Shown: positions 12,442 to 24,268 of the stretch, piece after piece | How positions within the stretch are numbered: the stretch's first letter is position 1 | Layout: each line of letters begins with the position of its first letter | Origin: Macrostomum hystrix | Lineage: Eukaryota; Animalia; Platyhelminthes | Assembly: GCA_950097015.1 (NCBI GenBank) | Contig: CATNEN010000001.1 | Location: 1,302,001 to 1,366,000 of the forward strand | DNA length: 64,000 nucleotides | Reading direction: 5' to 3' | Position numbers and translations under genes: made by a program | Notes under the pieces: generated by a model | Seen by the model: only the letters and a program-made list of their open reading frames with translations | What the model was told of the DNA's origin: nothing | Databases searched by the model: none

Positions 12442-15400
12442 TTATGGTGCAGCGGCCGAGCTGTTTTGCGTCGGACGTGACGGCAACACCGGCGACTGCT
12501 TGGGAGCCACCGGCGGCGCCGGCGGAGGCCTCTGCGGAGTCGGCATAGCCGCTGTTGTCGCTAGAGTAGCAACCGTTGTTAACGAAGACGCTGATGTCGA
12601 CGGTCCCGAGGAAAAAGTGTTTCCATTGCTTCCTGGTGGTACGCCACCGATGGCAACCTCGCCTAGAACTCTCAGCGCCTCCACCGTGGCCTTGTAAGCT
12701 CGTGCGATTTCCCCGCGTTTGGCTGCTTCGGCTTCTGATTCCTCCATGAGGCTTGCCTGGTCTGGCCAGCTGTACAACTGGATCGGTACCGAAGTCTTCA
12801 GGAAGCATTTTAGCTGGGTGGGTGGGGTGGTTTGACATCGACTCAGCTGAAAAACTGCAGGCACCTCACTCCACTCAGCCACCTCACTCCACAGCCACCT
12901 CACTCCACTCAGCCACCTCACTCCACAGCCACCTCACTCCACAGCCACCTCACTCCACTTAGCCACTTCACTCTTCAGCCACCTAACTTCTAAGTCACCT
13001 CATTCCTCAGCCATCTCACTCCTCAGTGAGATCCTAAACACTCAAGGAATAAATATCCTTGAGTGTTTCATTTGTGGCATTTATTGCTCATAAACCTATT
13101 AATAAAAGTAAACACGTAACTACTCGTAACTACATGCACTCTTTCATGAGCTCACATCGTTCACCACCATGTGTATGATGGTTTTCGGCACGAAGTCCCG
13201 CTGCGCCTTGTCCACAATACGCATGTAGGACTTCACTAGGCTGCGAATAGTTTCCACTTGGCGTTCCATCGACGGATCGAGAACTTCTTCGATGCTACTT
13301 GCCTGTACCTCAAAGTTGTGTTTAATTGAGGTGGCCATGTGTAGCGATTTTGATATAACGCAGTGTGGGGGGCTGTAGTGGAGTGAGGTGGATTGAGTGG
13401 AGTAAGGTGGATAGAGCGGAGTGAGGTGGATAGAGGCATAGAGCGGAGTGAGGTGGATAGAGGCATAGGGCGGAGTGAAGCGGCTAAAGCGGAGTGACAT
13501 GGATGTAGCGGAGTGAGGTGGCTATAGTGGAATGAGGTGGATGTAGCGGAGTGAGGTGGATGTAGCGGAGTGAGGTGGATGTAGCGGAGTGAGGTGGATG
13601 TAGCGGAGTGAGGTGGATGTAGCGGAGTGAGGTGGACGTAGCGGAGTGAGGTGGATGTGGCGGAGTGAGGTGGATGTGGCAGAGTGAGGTGGATGTAGCG
13701 GAGTGAGGTGGCTATAGTGGAGTGAGGTGGTTATAGCAGAGTGAGGTGGATGTAGCGGATTGGATGTAGCGGTAGCGGAGTGAGGTGTCTATAGCGGATC
13801 GAGTGAGGTGGGTTTTCTCCGCATCTCACCGTTACCTCGTCCTTCTCTTCGTCGCTCTCCGGATAAACTCCGGCTCGCAGCAGGGCAGCTTTCCAGGTGT
13901 CCACATCGTCTGTTGAATCAGCTGTCAGTTCCAAATTTTTGCAGTCCTTGTAGGCGTTCCTGCGTTTATTTGATGAATGCTTTGGATAGAAAAACTAATT
14001 ACTAACTCAATCGAAAACACTCTACTTCTACTGTACCTGCCATCCGAGTTGAATAACACGAAGACGTTGCGCTTGCCGAACAGACGACTCTCGCCATCCC
14101 GAACTCGCAGGCCATCCAAGGATAGCATGTACTTTTGCTGCCGTTCCTGTGTCAATTTTTTTGTTTCTTTGAAATATTATCACTTTTATAATACATGCTA
14201 CTCATGACAAAGTAGTAGCTTAAGTAAAAACGCTAGAAGCTTCAGTCTGGTAGTTTGCTGCCAAAATATGTGTTATATATAGAATAAAATCACAGTTTAG
14301 GGTTTGTTTGGAATTCAGTCACTCATATCTTTAATATCCTTATTACTTTATACTTTCAACCATTTTAAAATCTGACTGGCTAGTAAACTAAGGTACAACC
14401 TCAGGGTCCTAGAATAGTTAGAGTCTAGTTCTAATATACGAGCCAATCACAGACCATTATCAATTAGCGTGGAAAGGAAATGAATCACGTCTTGGTGTTC
14501 TTCAGTGAAACTGCTGGAGCTGCTTCGAAGCGAAGTTCCATAACTGTTTTCTCGCGACAGTAAATTGGCTAGGCATTGGTGTACTCCAGGGGTCGGCTAA
14601 CTTATTAGCGTGTGGCCAAAGAGAGAACCTCAGAGACGACATATGAGAAATCGGAGAGATAAGTCACAGGAGAGATGAGACAGGGGAGAGATGAGACAGG
14701 AGAGATGAGACAGGGGAGATGAGACGGGAGATGAGACAGGGGAGAGATGAGACAGGGGAGATAAGACAGGGGAGAGATAAGACAGGGGAGAATTGAGATA
14801 GGGGAGAGATGAGACAGGGGAGAGATGAGACAGGGGAGAGATGAGACAGGGGAGAATTGAGATAGGGGAGAGATGAGACAGGGGAGAGATGAGACAGGGG
14901 AGAGATGAGACAGGGGAGAGATGAGACAGGGGAGAGATGAGACAGGGGAGAGATGATACAGGGGAGAGATGAGACAGGTTTACAGCCCTGGTGTACACTA
15001 TACCAAAGTAATCTTGGGTCTCTACGTAAATTCAGTCGAAAACTTTGATATGAAATATGCAGTCAGTTTTTTCATTACCTCCTGGTCGGCGTACCAAGTC
15101 AGGCTCTCGGAGGACAGCACAAACCAGCAGCTGCAGCCGCGCATAATATGCTTGTTGTTGATGGTCAGGAAGCCTTTGTGAATCACCTGCAAGTGCGAGA
15201 CGGTGACAAATTAGCCAAGGGCTTGGCCCATCAGCGTCAATAGGTGCCCGTGGAAGAACAGGATGCGATATTGAACATGTTAGACAGAAAAGCACACCTG
15301 TTAGACAGAAAAGCACACCTGTTAGACAGAGAAGCACACCTGTTAGACAGAAAAGCACACCTGTTAGACAGAAAAGCGCACATGTTAGACAGAAAAGCAC

Positions 15401-18400
15401 ATCTGTTAGACAGAAAAGCACACCTGTTAGACAGAAAAGCACACCTGTTAGACAGAAAAGCGCACCTGTTAGACAGAAAAGCACACCTCTTCTGTTTGAC
15501 AGATGAAAATAACTGTTATGCAAGAGAAGACACCTGTTTAAATATGAGAACACATCTGTTAAATAGGATAAACTAACCTGTTAGACTAGAAAACATGCCT
15601 AATATTTTATTACTCTATCTATACAAATTCGAAGCAATTTTGCCAGCTGTTTAATAACACTCTCGTTGAAAAAGCAGTAGATAATTACTGCAGTTAAAGT
15701 TGCTTGACTTTCAAAGCTTAAAAATTTCGTGCGTTTGACCCAGCCTAGATCTGTCATGAGATTTTCCGGCTTTAGGCGAAACTGCCCCGACCCGAACATT
15801 TCCATTCGAATAAACAAATAGTTAGAAACTAGTTGAGTGTCCTTAAGATGCACTGAAAACTTTGGCAGCATTGAATTCACACTGGTCACCAAAATATCTG
15901 ACGTAAATAAAAAACACATTCGCCATATTAGTCACCTGATTTCCGACCCGCTCTTTAACGCGTCTGTCCGAGTTTTTCTGAGCGCTGAAAATTTTAGGAA
16001 ATTCAGCACAAGCTTAAATTAAGCATGTTTAGGAGATTTTCCATGAAAATAATTCTGTAGGAGCTTTTTGGGGCACAATGTTGGCAGATACGGGTGTATA
16101 TTGTGATATTGTGGGTAGATACGGGTGAAGATTGTGATATTGTGGGTAGATACGGGTGTAGATTGTGATATTGTGGGTAGATACGGGTGAAGATTGTGAT
16201 ATTGTGGGTAGATACGGGTGAAGATTGTGATATTGTGAGTAGATACGGGTGTAGATTGTGATATTGTGAGTAGATACGGGTGTAGATTGTGATATTGTGG
16301 GTAGATACGGGTGAAGATTGTGATATTGTGAGTAGATACGGGTGTAGATTGTGATATTGTGGGTAGATACGGGTGAAGATTGTGATATTGTGAGTAGATA
16401 CGGGTGTAGATTGTGATATTGTGGGTAGATACGGGTGTAGATTGTGAGGTGGTGAGCAGATACGGGTGTAGATTGTGATATTGTGGGTAGATACGGGTGA
16501 AGATTGTGATATTGTGAGTAGATATGGGTGAAGATTGTGATATTGTGAGTAGATACGGGTGTAGATTGTGATATTGTGAGTAGATACGGGTGTAGATTGT
16601 GATATTGTGGGTAGATACGGGTGAAGATTGTGATATTGTGAGTAGATACGGGTGAAGATTGTGATATTGTGAGTAGATACGGGTGTAGATTGTGATATTG
16701 TGAGTAGATACGGGTGAAGATTGTGATATTGTGAGTAGATACGGGTGTAGATTGTGATATTGTGGGTAGATACGGGTGAAGATTGTGATATTGTGAGTAG
16801 ATACGGGTGTATATTGTGATATTGTGGGTAGATACGGGTGTAGATTGTGAGGTGGTGAGCAGATACGGGTGTAGATTGTGATATTGTGGGTAGATACGGG
16901 TGAAGATTGTGATATTGTGGGTAGATATGGGTGTAGATTGTGATATTGTGAGTAGATACGGGTGAAGATTGTGAGGTGGTGACCAGAGACGGGGTCAAGA
17001 TTGTGAGATGGTGAGCAGATACGGGTGTAGATTGTGAGAAACTTAAATATATTTATATGCTGAAGTTACTTGACGAAGCCGATAAAGTCCTCATGATTAG
17101 TGTTGATGTAACCTAGCTGGATATCCATTGTCAGCATCAGCTGAGCCTTGGCTGCTACTTCTCTCTCTCGAATTCGACAGCTAACAATGCTCTCGACAGC
17201 TTCCCGCAGTCTCGGAAAGCTGCGCATGACTTGAGTGCACTGCTGCACCACTGACGCCAACTCGGCAGTCACCATTTCGGCGCATCGAAGGGTCGGCTCC
17301 TTTAGCCGGATGATCTGCTGGCGAACTACGGTTTCAAAGGCTAAGTCAGGCGTGAAGAGTCCAGTTCTGCGTTGGGAGGTGTGTTAGCGAGTGAGGTGTG
17401 AAGTGTTCTGGCTAACGACGGTGTGAAGTGTTTTGGCTACTGATGGTGTGAAGTATTCTGACGAATAAGGTGTGAAGTGTTCTGGCGAGTGGAGGTGTGA
17501 AGTGTTCTGGCTACTGATGGTGTGAAGTATTCTGGCGAGTGAGGTGTGAAGTGTTCTGGCGAGTGGAGGTGTGAAGTGTTCTGGCTACTGATGGTGTGAA
17601 GTATTCTGGCGAGTGAGGTGTGAAGTGTTCTGGCGAGTAATGTGTGAAGAGTTCTGGCGAGTGAGGTGTGAAGCGTTCTGGCGAGTGAGGTGTGAAGTGT
17701 TCTGGCGAGTGAGGTGTGAAGTGTTCTGGCGAGTGAGGTGTGAAGTGTTCTGGCGAGTGAGGTGTGAAGTGTTCTGGCGAGTGAGGTGTGAAGTGTTCTG
17801 GCGAGTGAGGTGTGAAGTGTTCTGGCGAGTGAGGTGTGAAGTGTTCTGGCGAGTGGAGGTGTGAAGTGTTCTGGCGAGTGAGGTGTGAAGTGTTCTGGCG
17901 AGTGGGGGTGTGAAATGTTTTGGCTTACGAAGGTGTGAATTGGTCTGACTAATAAAAGTGTAAAATGTTCTACCATTTGTTGTTGAAAGATTGCATTCAT
18001 GTTAGCTTCCAAATTTGGTCCTTGTGTGTTTTCGGCCAGAATTTTTTAGCCGATTCGCATATTTTGTCGAATGTATTTCTAAAATTCTCTACTCTGACGT
18101 CACAAGTAAAAGTGCACACGCACTAATAGTGCACCACAAGTAGCGCTGATCAGTCACAATGAGCCTCACCGAATGCCGTGAATATTTCGAATCGCAAATT
18201 TGATTTCCTTTCGGAGTTCACGCTCGTCGGATTCCGTCTAAAAGCGGCGAATGAATGAATGGACGAGAAAATTGCAACATTAGGTCTGGTACAACAGCAT
18301 CGGTGGCAGCATTGTTATTGCGCATTTTACTTACAAAATGTTTTTCTCCGATGTAGCGAGACGACTAAAAATATAGAAAATGAGAAATTCACATTATAGA

Positions 18401-21400
18401 AGTCGCTACTTTAACATAGAACTAAAGTAAAAGCCTATCTTGCCTACTGGCCATACGGGCACACACAACGGAATGGGTGCAGATTTAATACACCAAATTG
18501 TAATTTATAAATATTCTATTCTAAATACACTCGCGACTAAATTTTGAGGCGCATTCATTTGGGGCGCAGCCGCGGAGGGAAGGCTTGCGGGCTTGTCGTG
18601 CAGTTTACGCCCTTGAGGGCCAACCTCCGAGGCGCAGTGAAATGTACACTGCCTGACGATGAGAAAGTCAGGACAGATGTACACACCTGTGTGGGCGTGT
18701 TCCTGCGTACGGTATCTGTGTGCGTGTGTGCTCAGGAGTCAGCGAAATGGACAGAATTGCCTCCTCGCTGGCTGCGAGTTTAGTGTCACCAAATGATGCG
18801 CCATTTCCCGCAGCCCTCCTGCAATTAATAATGTTATCGTTAAATACACTTCTAAGTAAATGAAAACGTCAAATCACCTTATGCAGCATGTACATAAATC
18901 GGTCGTGCACAATTTTGTTTATCTTTGCACCGCCTGAAAGTTCCTTTGTGCTGACTTCGCCGAAGCCCTCGATGGATTTGGTGAAGTTTTCTATGAATTG
19001 GTTGATCAGGCTGTAAAAATATGAAAATTGTGCGCTGTTTTACTGTTTATTATCTCGCAACTATTTCTACTTATTAAGCAACGACAATGACACATGAAAT
19101 CGGACGCTTCGGTCATTTACTAGCCACTCGAGCTACAGTCTCTTTGGTCTGTAGGTCATTGTACCCTCTCCAGCTACAGTCTCTTTGGTCTGTAGGTCAT
19201 TGTAGCCACACCAGCTACAGTCTCTTTGGTCTGTAGGTCATTGTACCCTCTCCAGCTACAGTCTCTTTGGTCTGTAGGTCATTGTAGCCACACCAGCTAC
19301 AGTCTCTTTGGTCTGTAGGTCATTGTACCCTCTCCAGCTACAGTCTCTTTGGTCTGTAGGTCATTGTAGCCACACCAGCTACAGTCTCTTTGGTCTGTAG
19401 GTCATTGTACCCTCTCCAGCTACAGTCTCTTTGGTCTGTAGGTCATTGTACTCTCTCCAGCTACAGTCTCTTTGGTCTGTAGGTCATTGTAGCCACTCCA
19501 GCTACAGTCTCTTTGGTCTGTAGGTCATTGTAGCCACTCCAGCTACGGTCTCTTTGGTCTGTAGGTCATTGTAGCCACTCCAGCTACAGTCTCTTTGGTC
19601 TGTAGGACATTGTACTCACTCCAGCTACAGTCTCTTTGGTCTGTAGGTCATTGTACCCTCTCCAGCTACAGTCTCTTTGGTCTGTAGGTCATTGTACCCT
19701 CTCCAGCTACAGTCTCTTTGGTCTGTAGGTCATTGTACCCTCTCCAGCTACAGTCTCTTTGGTCTGTAGGTCATTGTACTCTCTCCAGCTACAGTCTCTT
19801 TGGTCTGTAGGTCATTGTAGCCACTCCAGCTACAGTCTCTTTGGTCTGTAGGTCATTGTACTCACTCCAGCTACGGTCTCTTTGGTCTGTAGGTCATTGT
19901 ACTCTCTCCAGCTACAGTCTCTTTGGTCTGTAGGTCATTGTAGCCACTCCAGCTACAGTCTCTTTGGTCTGTAGGTCATTGTACTCTCTCCAGCTACGGT
20001 CTCTTTGGTCTGTAGGTCATTGTACCCTCTCCAGTTACAGTCTCTTTGGTCTGTAGGTCATTGTACTCACTCCAGCTACAGTCTCTTTGGTCTGTAGGTC
20101 ATTGTACTCACTCCAGCTACGGTCTCTTTGGTCTGTAGGTCATTGTACCCTCTCCAGCTACAGTCTCTTTGGTCTGTAGGTCATTGTAGCCACACCAGCT
20201 ACAGTCTCTTTGGTCTGTAGGTCATTGTACCCTCTCCAGCTACAGTCTCTTTGGTCTGTAGGTCATTGTAGCCACACCAGCTACAGTCTCTTTGGTCTGT
20301 AGGTTATTGTACACTCTCCAGCTACGGTCTCTTTGGTCAGTAGGTCATTGTACCCTCTCCAGCTACAGTCTCTTTGGTCTGTAGGTCATTGTACCCTCTC
20401 CAGCTACAGTCTCTTTGGTCTGTAGGTCATTGTACTCTCTCCAGCTACAGTCTCTTTGGTCTGTAGGTCATTGTACTCTCTCCAGCTACAGTCTCTTTGG
20501 TCTGTAGGTCATTGTAGCCACTCCAGCTACAGTCTCTTTGGTCTGTAGGTCATTGTAGCCACTCCAGCTACGGTCTCTTTGGTCTGTAGGTCATTGTAGC
20601 CACTCCAGCTACAGTCTCTTTGGTCTGTAGGTCATTGTACTCACTCCAGCTACAGTCTCTTTGGTCTGTAGGTCATTGTACCCTCTCCAGCTACAGTCTC
20701 TTTGGTCTGTAGGTCATTGTACCCTCTCCAGCTACAGTCTCTTTGGTCTGTAGGTCATTGTACCCTCTCCAGCTACAGTCTCTTTGGTCTGTAGGTCATT
20801 GTACTCTCTCCAGCTACAGTCTCTTTGGTCTGTAGGTCATTGTAGCCACTCCAGCTACAGTCTCTTTGGTCTGTAAGTCATTGTACTCACTCCAGCTACG
20901 GTCTCTTTGGTCTGTAGGTCATTGTACTCTCTCCAGCTACAGTCTCTTTGGTCTGTAGGTCATTGTAGCCACTCCAGCTACAGTCTCTTTGGTCTGTAGG
21001 TCATTGTACTCTCTCCAGCTACGGTCTCTTTGGTCTGTAGGTCATTGTACCCTCTCCAGTTACAGTCTCTTTGGTCTGTAGGTCATTGTACTCACTCCAG
21101 CTACAGTCTCTTTGGTCTGTAGGTCATTGTACTCACTCCAGCTACGGTCTCTTTGGTCTGTAGGTCATTGTACCCTCTCCAGCTACAGTCTCTTTGGTCT
21201 GTAGGTCATAGTAGCCACACCAGCTACAGTCTCTTTGGTCTGTAGGTCATTGTACCCTCTCCAGCTACAGTCTCTTTGGTCTGTAGGTCATTGTAGCCAC
21301 ACCAGCTACAGTCTCTTTGGTCTGTAGGTCATTGTAGCCACTCCAGCTACAGTCTCTTTGGTCTGTAGGTCATTGTACTCACTCCAGCTACAGTCTCTTT

Positions 21401-24268
21401 GGTATGTAGGTCATTGTACCCTCTCCAGCTACAGTCTCTTTGGTCTGTAGGTCATTGTACTCTCTCCAGCTACAGTCTCTTTGGTATGTAGGTCATTGTA
21501 GCCACACCAGCTACAGTCTCTTTGGTCTGTATTTCATTGTACCCTCTCCAGCTACAGTCTCTTTGGTCTGTAGGTCATTGTACCCTCTCCAGCTACAGTC
21601 TCTTTGGTCTGTAGGTTATTGTACACTCTCCAGCTACGGTCTCTTTGGTCAGTAGGTCATTGTACCCTCTCCAGCTACAGTCTCTTTGGTCTGTAGGTCA
21701 TTGTACTCTCTCCAGCTACAGTCTCTTTGGTCTGTAGGTCATTGTAGCCACACCAGCTACAGTCTCTTTGGTCTGTAGGTCATTGTACCCTCTCCAGCTA
21801 CAGTCTCTTTGGTCTGTAGGTCATTGTAGCCACACCAGCTACAGTCTCTTTGGTCTGTAGGTTATTGTACACTCTCCAGCTACGGTCTCTTTGGTCTGTA
21901 GGTCATTGTAGCCACTCCAGCTACAGTCTCTTTGGTCTGTAGGTCATTGTACTCTCTCCAGCTACAGTCTCTTTGGTCTGTAGGTCATTGTAGCCACTCC
22001 AGCTACAGTCTCTTTGGTCTGTAGGTCATTGTACCCTCTCCAGTTACAGTCTCTTTGGTCTGTAGGTCATTGTACTCTCTCCAGCTACAGTCTCTTTGGT
22101 CTGTAGGTCATTGTAGCCACACCAGCTACAGTCTCTTTGGTCTGTAGGTCATTGTAGCCACACCAGCTACAGTCTCTTTGGTCTGTAGGTCATTGTAGCC
22201 ACTCCAGCTACAGTCTCTTTGGTCTGTAGGTCATTGTACTCTCTCCAGCTACAGTCTCTTTGGTCTGTAGGTCATTGTACCCTCTCCAGCTACAGTCTCT
22301 TTGGTCTGTCCAGCCGCTACAGATGGTCATTGCCAGTTCTAACTATAGCATTTTTAGTTCAGCAATTAGCACGCCCCTAAAGAAGACAGAACTGATTGCA
22401 GAAGGGGGCCAGTGTACATGGAGAACTCACGTAGCCATAATCTTGGCCTTGGTATTAGGATCATCTGGATCCAGGCCCCCGAATGCATTGTTCTGAGCCT
22501 CCAGCTCGCTGAGGCGACTCTGCAGAGCCGATCGCAGCGTTGGCAGGGTGTCACGAATGTGAGCAATAAGCTGCTGATTGAGGCATCTCTGCAGATATGC
22601 GGTGCCCAGCCTCTCAGCCATGTGCTTGTAGGCCGGGTGTCCCAAGAAAAACTTTCTCTCCGCTGCCATAGCGGACGCGATGTCCTTCCTACCGTCGATG
22701 TCCTTCTGCGATCTGTTAACGATGCCAACGTAGCCGCGTCGAAGTGGAAGAAATCTGTTCTCTAGAACATCCCTGGCGTCAGTGCCGGCGTCCATGAGGT
22801 CCAGTTTGGTGAGGACACCGATGGTGCGAGACCCGCTAGGGTCGACCTAGTCGGTTGCGGGGTTGAAATAAACTCAAGAAAGCGTTTTAATATTACAACT
22901 TTAAGGTCCCTGATATAAAAATAGAAATATTTTTTTCTTAATTCATCAAATTTTATTTTATTATATTAAATTAAATTTAATTATATAAAATTAATAGATG
23001 GCGGGTGCAGGGTAGTTGCAGTGCGGGTGCAGGGTAGTTGTAGTGCGGGTGCAGGGTAGTTGTAGGGCGGGTGCAGGGTAGTTGTAGGGCGGGTGCAGGG
23101 TAGTTGTAGTGCGGGTGCAGGGTAGTTGCAGTGCGGGTGCCGGGTAGTTGCAGTGCGGGTGCAGGGTAGTTGTAGTGCGGGTGCAGGGTAGTTGCAGTGC
23201 GGGTGCAGGGTAGTTGTAGGGCGGGTGCAGGGTAGTTGTAGGGCGGGTGCAGGGTAGTTGTAGGGCGGGTGCAGGGTAGTTGCAGTGCGGGTGCAGGGTA
23301 GTTGCAGTGCGGGTGCAGGGTAGTTGTAGGGCGGGTGCAGGGTAGTTGTAGGGCGGGTGCAGGGTAGTTGTAGGGCGGGTGTAGGGAAGTTGCACATGGT
23401 GTGTGATATAAAAGTGTTTTAATTGTTGTCTACGCTCGTATTATTGTAAAAAAAGAGAAATAGTTTAGCATAAGAGATTTTTTAAAGCAGACCTCTTTAG
23501 CAAGCTTCAGGGCGTCACTATTGGCTAGATCAGAGTTGGCAGGAGACACAGCCAAGATAAGACAGTTTTCCTTGGAAATGAACTCAAGGATCATGGCACG
23601 GATTTGCAACTCAATATCTGGCGGCTGATCACCCACAGCCACTTTGGTCATACCCGGCAGGTCTACCAGGGTTAGATTGAGCACTTGCGGACTGTAAACT
23701 CTCAAAGTGATGGGCACATTTGAGATGCCTTTGTTCTGTCCCGTGAGTCGATCTGTCTCGGCTTCGATCTCTTTGCGAACTTCCTCGAAATTGATGAACT
23801 TTTTGCCCCGAAGGTGGCCAAACTCTGCGTATTCTAAAAAGCAAAGGACGATGCGGTATATTTTGTATTTGTTTGACTTACCGCTTAAACGTACAGTCAA
23901 ATAAACTTGAAAACGAAAGAACCAATTAATAACTACCTGCTTGATAGTTCATGAGCTGCAGAATCAAAGGCCGTCTTGTGACTATTCCAGCACCACGAGG
24001 AAGAAAGTCCCTAAATAATAAAAGTAACATTACTTTTTTTAACTTGCAGGCCGGTCAAAAAAAGAACAAACTTTGAACTTATTTTATTATTTTAGCAAGC
24101 TTACCTTCCAACAAAGTTTTCTAGAACGCTGCTTTTTCCAGCACTTTGACACCCGACAACGGCAATTTGAGGTAAATCAATTCTATGGGAAGTTCCTGAT
24201 GAAGCACATGCATCTTGCAACTGGTTAATTACAAAGATAAGCTGTTCCATTCCTCCGTTTCCTGCCAT
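12442..24268 (-). CDS. dnm: Classical dynamin GTPase (G domain, stalk, PH, GED, short proline-rich tail), ~800 aa, 13 exons
   Basis: Exons 24268-24105, 24010-23937, 23833-23493, 22846-22431, 19010-18878, 18237-18170, 17366-17070, 15984-15936, 15186-15079, 14146-14037, 13959-13836, 13302-13156 (acceptor could be 6 nt upstream) and 12813-12442. All GT-AG with consistent phases; total 2403 nt. Motifs: [42 protein letters not shown] domain WFVL...[27 protein letters not shown]. Confidence 0.95.
12862..13025. repeat. Minisatellite, 16/18-bp ccacctcactcca(ct)cag (dynamin intron 12)
   Basis: Tandem array; reverse complement of the GGAGTGAGGTGG family. Confidence 0.9.
13372..13811. repeat. Minisatellite, 19-bp gcggagtgaggtggatgta (dynamin intron 11)
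   Basis: Tandem array. Confidence 0.95.
14655..14977. repeat. Minisatellite, 16-bp ggggagagatgagaca (dynamin intron 9)
   Basis: Purine-rich tandem array. Confidence 0.95.
15275..15595. repeat. Minisatellite, 21-bp cacctgttagacagaaaagca (dynamin intron 8)
   Basis: Tandem array. Confidence 0.95.
16085..17038. repeat. Minisatellite, 31-bp gatacgggtgtagattgtgatattgtgggta (dynamin intron 7)
   Basis: Tandem array. Confidence 0.96.
17378..17938. repeat. Minisatellite, 24-bp gcgagtgaggtgtgaagtgttctg (dynamin intron 6)
   Basis: Tandem array running up to the 3' splice site. Confidence 0.95.
18548..18802. mobile_element. MITE-like element with imperfect terminal inverted repeats, in dynamin intron 5
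   Basis: Left end ggcgcattcatttgg..cgcagcc mirrors right end ggctgcg..ccaaatgatgcgcc. The internal part recurs inverted at ~3976-4120, with an exact 28-nt match (18645-18672 vs 4044-4071). Confidence 0.6.
19128..22310. repeat. Minisatellite, 41-bp ccagctacagtctctttggtctgtaggtcattgtaccctct (dynamin intron 4)
   Basis: About 77 units; constant part plus a short variable slot. Confidence 0.98.
23000..23395. repeat. G-rich minisatellite, 22-bp gcgggtgcagggtagttgtagg (dynamin intron 3)
   Basis: Tandem array with regularly spaced GGG tracts. Confidence 0.96.

Noticed and set aside
16003-18012. Repetitive ORFs in dynamin introns (also 9577-10186, 22981-23397, 31050-31514, 32741-33205, 50520-51116, 57585-58292)
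   Set aside because: All coincide with tandem arrays, nearly all inside introns defined by well-supported flanking exons.
18652-18672. CTGACGA...GAAA hammerhead-like core
   Set aside because: Only 3 nt between the motifs (no stem II); the bases instead form a simple hairpin.
18759-18772. GCCTCCTCGCTGGC, matching the P3/L3 segment of the HDV genomic ribozyme as I recall it
   Set aside because: The following bases give at most a partial P1 and lack the GG for P1.1 and a recognisable P4/J4-2; more simply part of the element's inverted terminus. An HDV descriptor search on the family consensus would settle it.
19128-22310. CRISPR-like appearance (palindromic constant repeat plus variable part)
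   Set aside because: The variable part is only ~6 nt with few recurring states; no unique spacers, no cas genes, eukaryotic intron.
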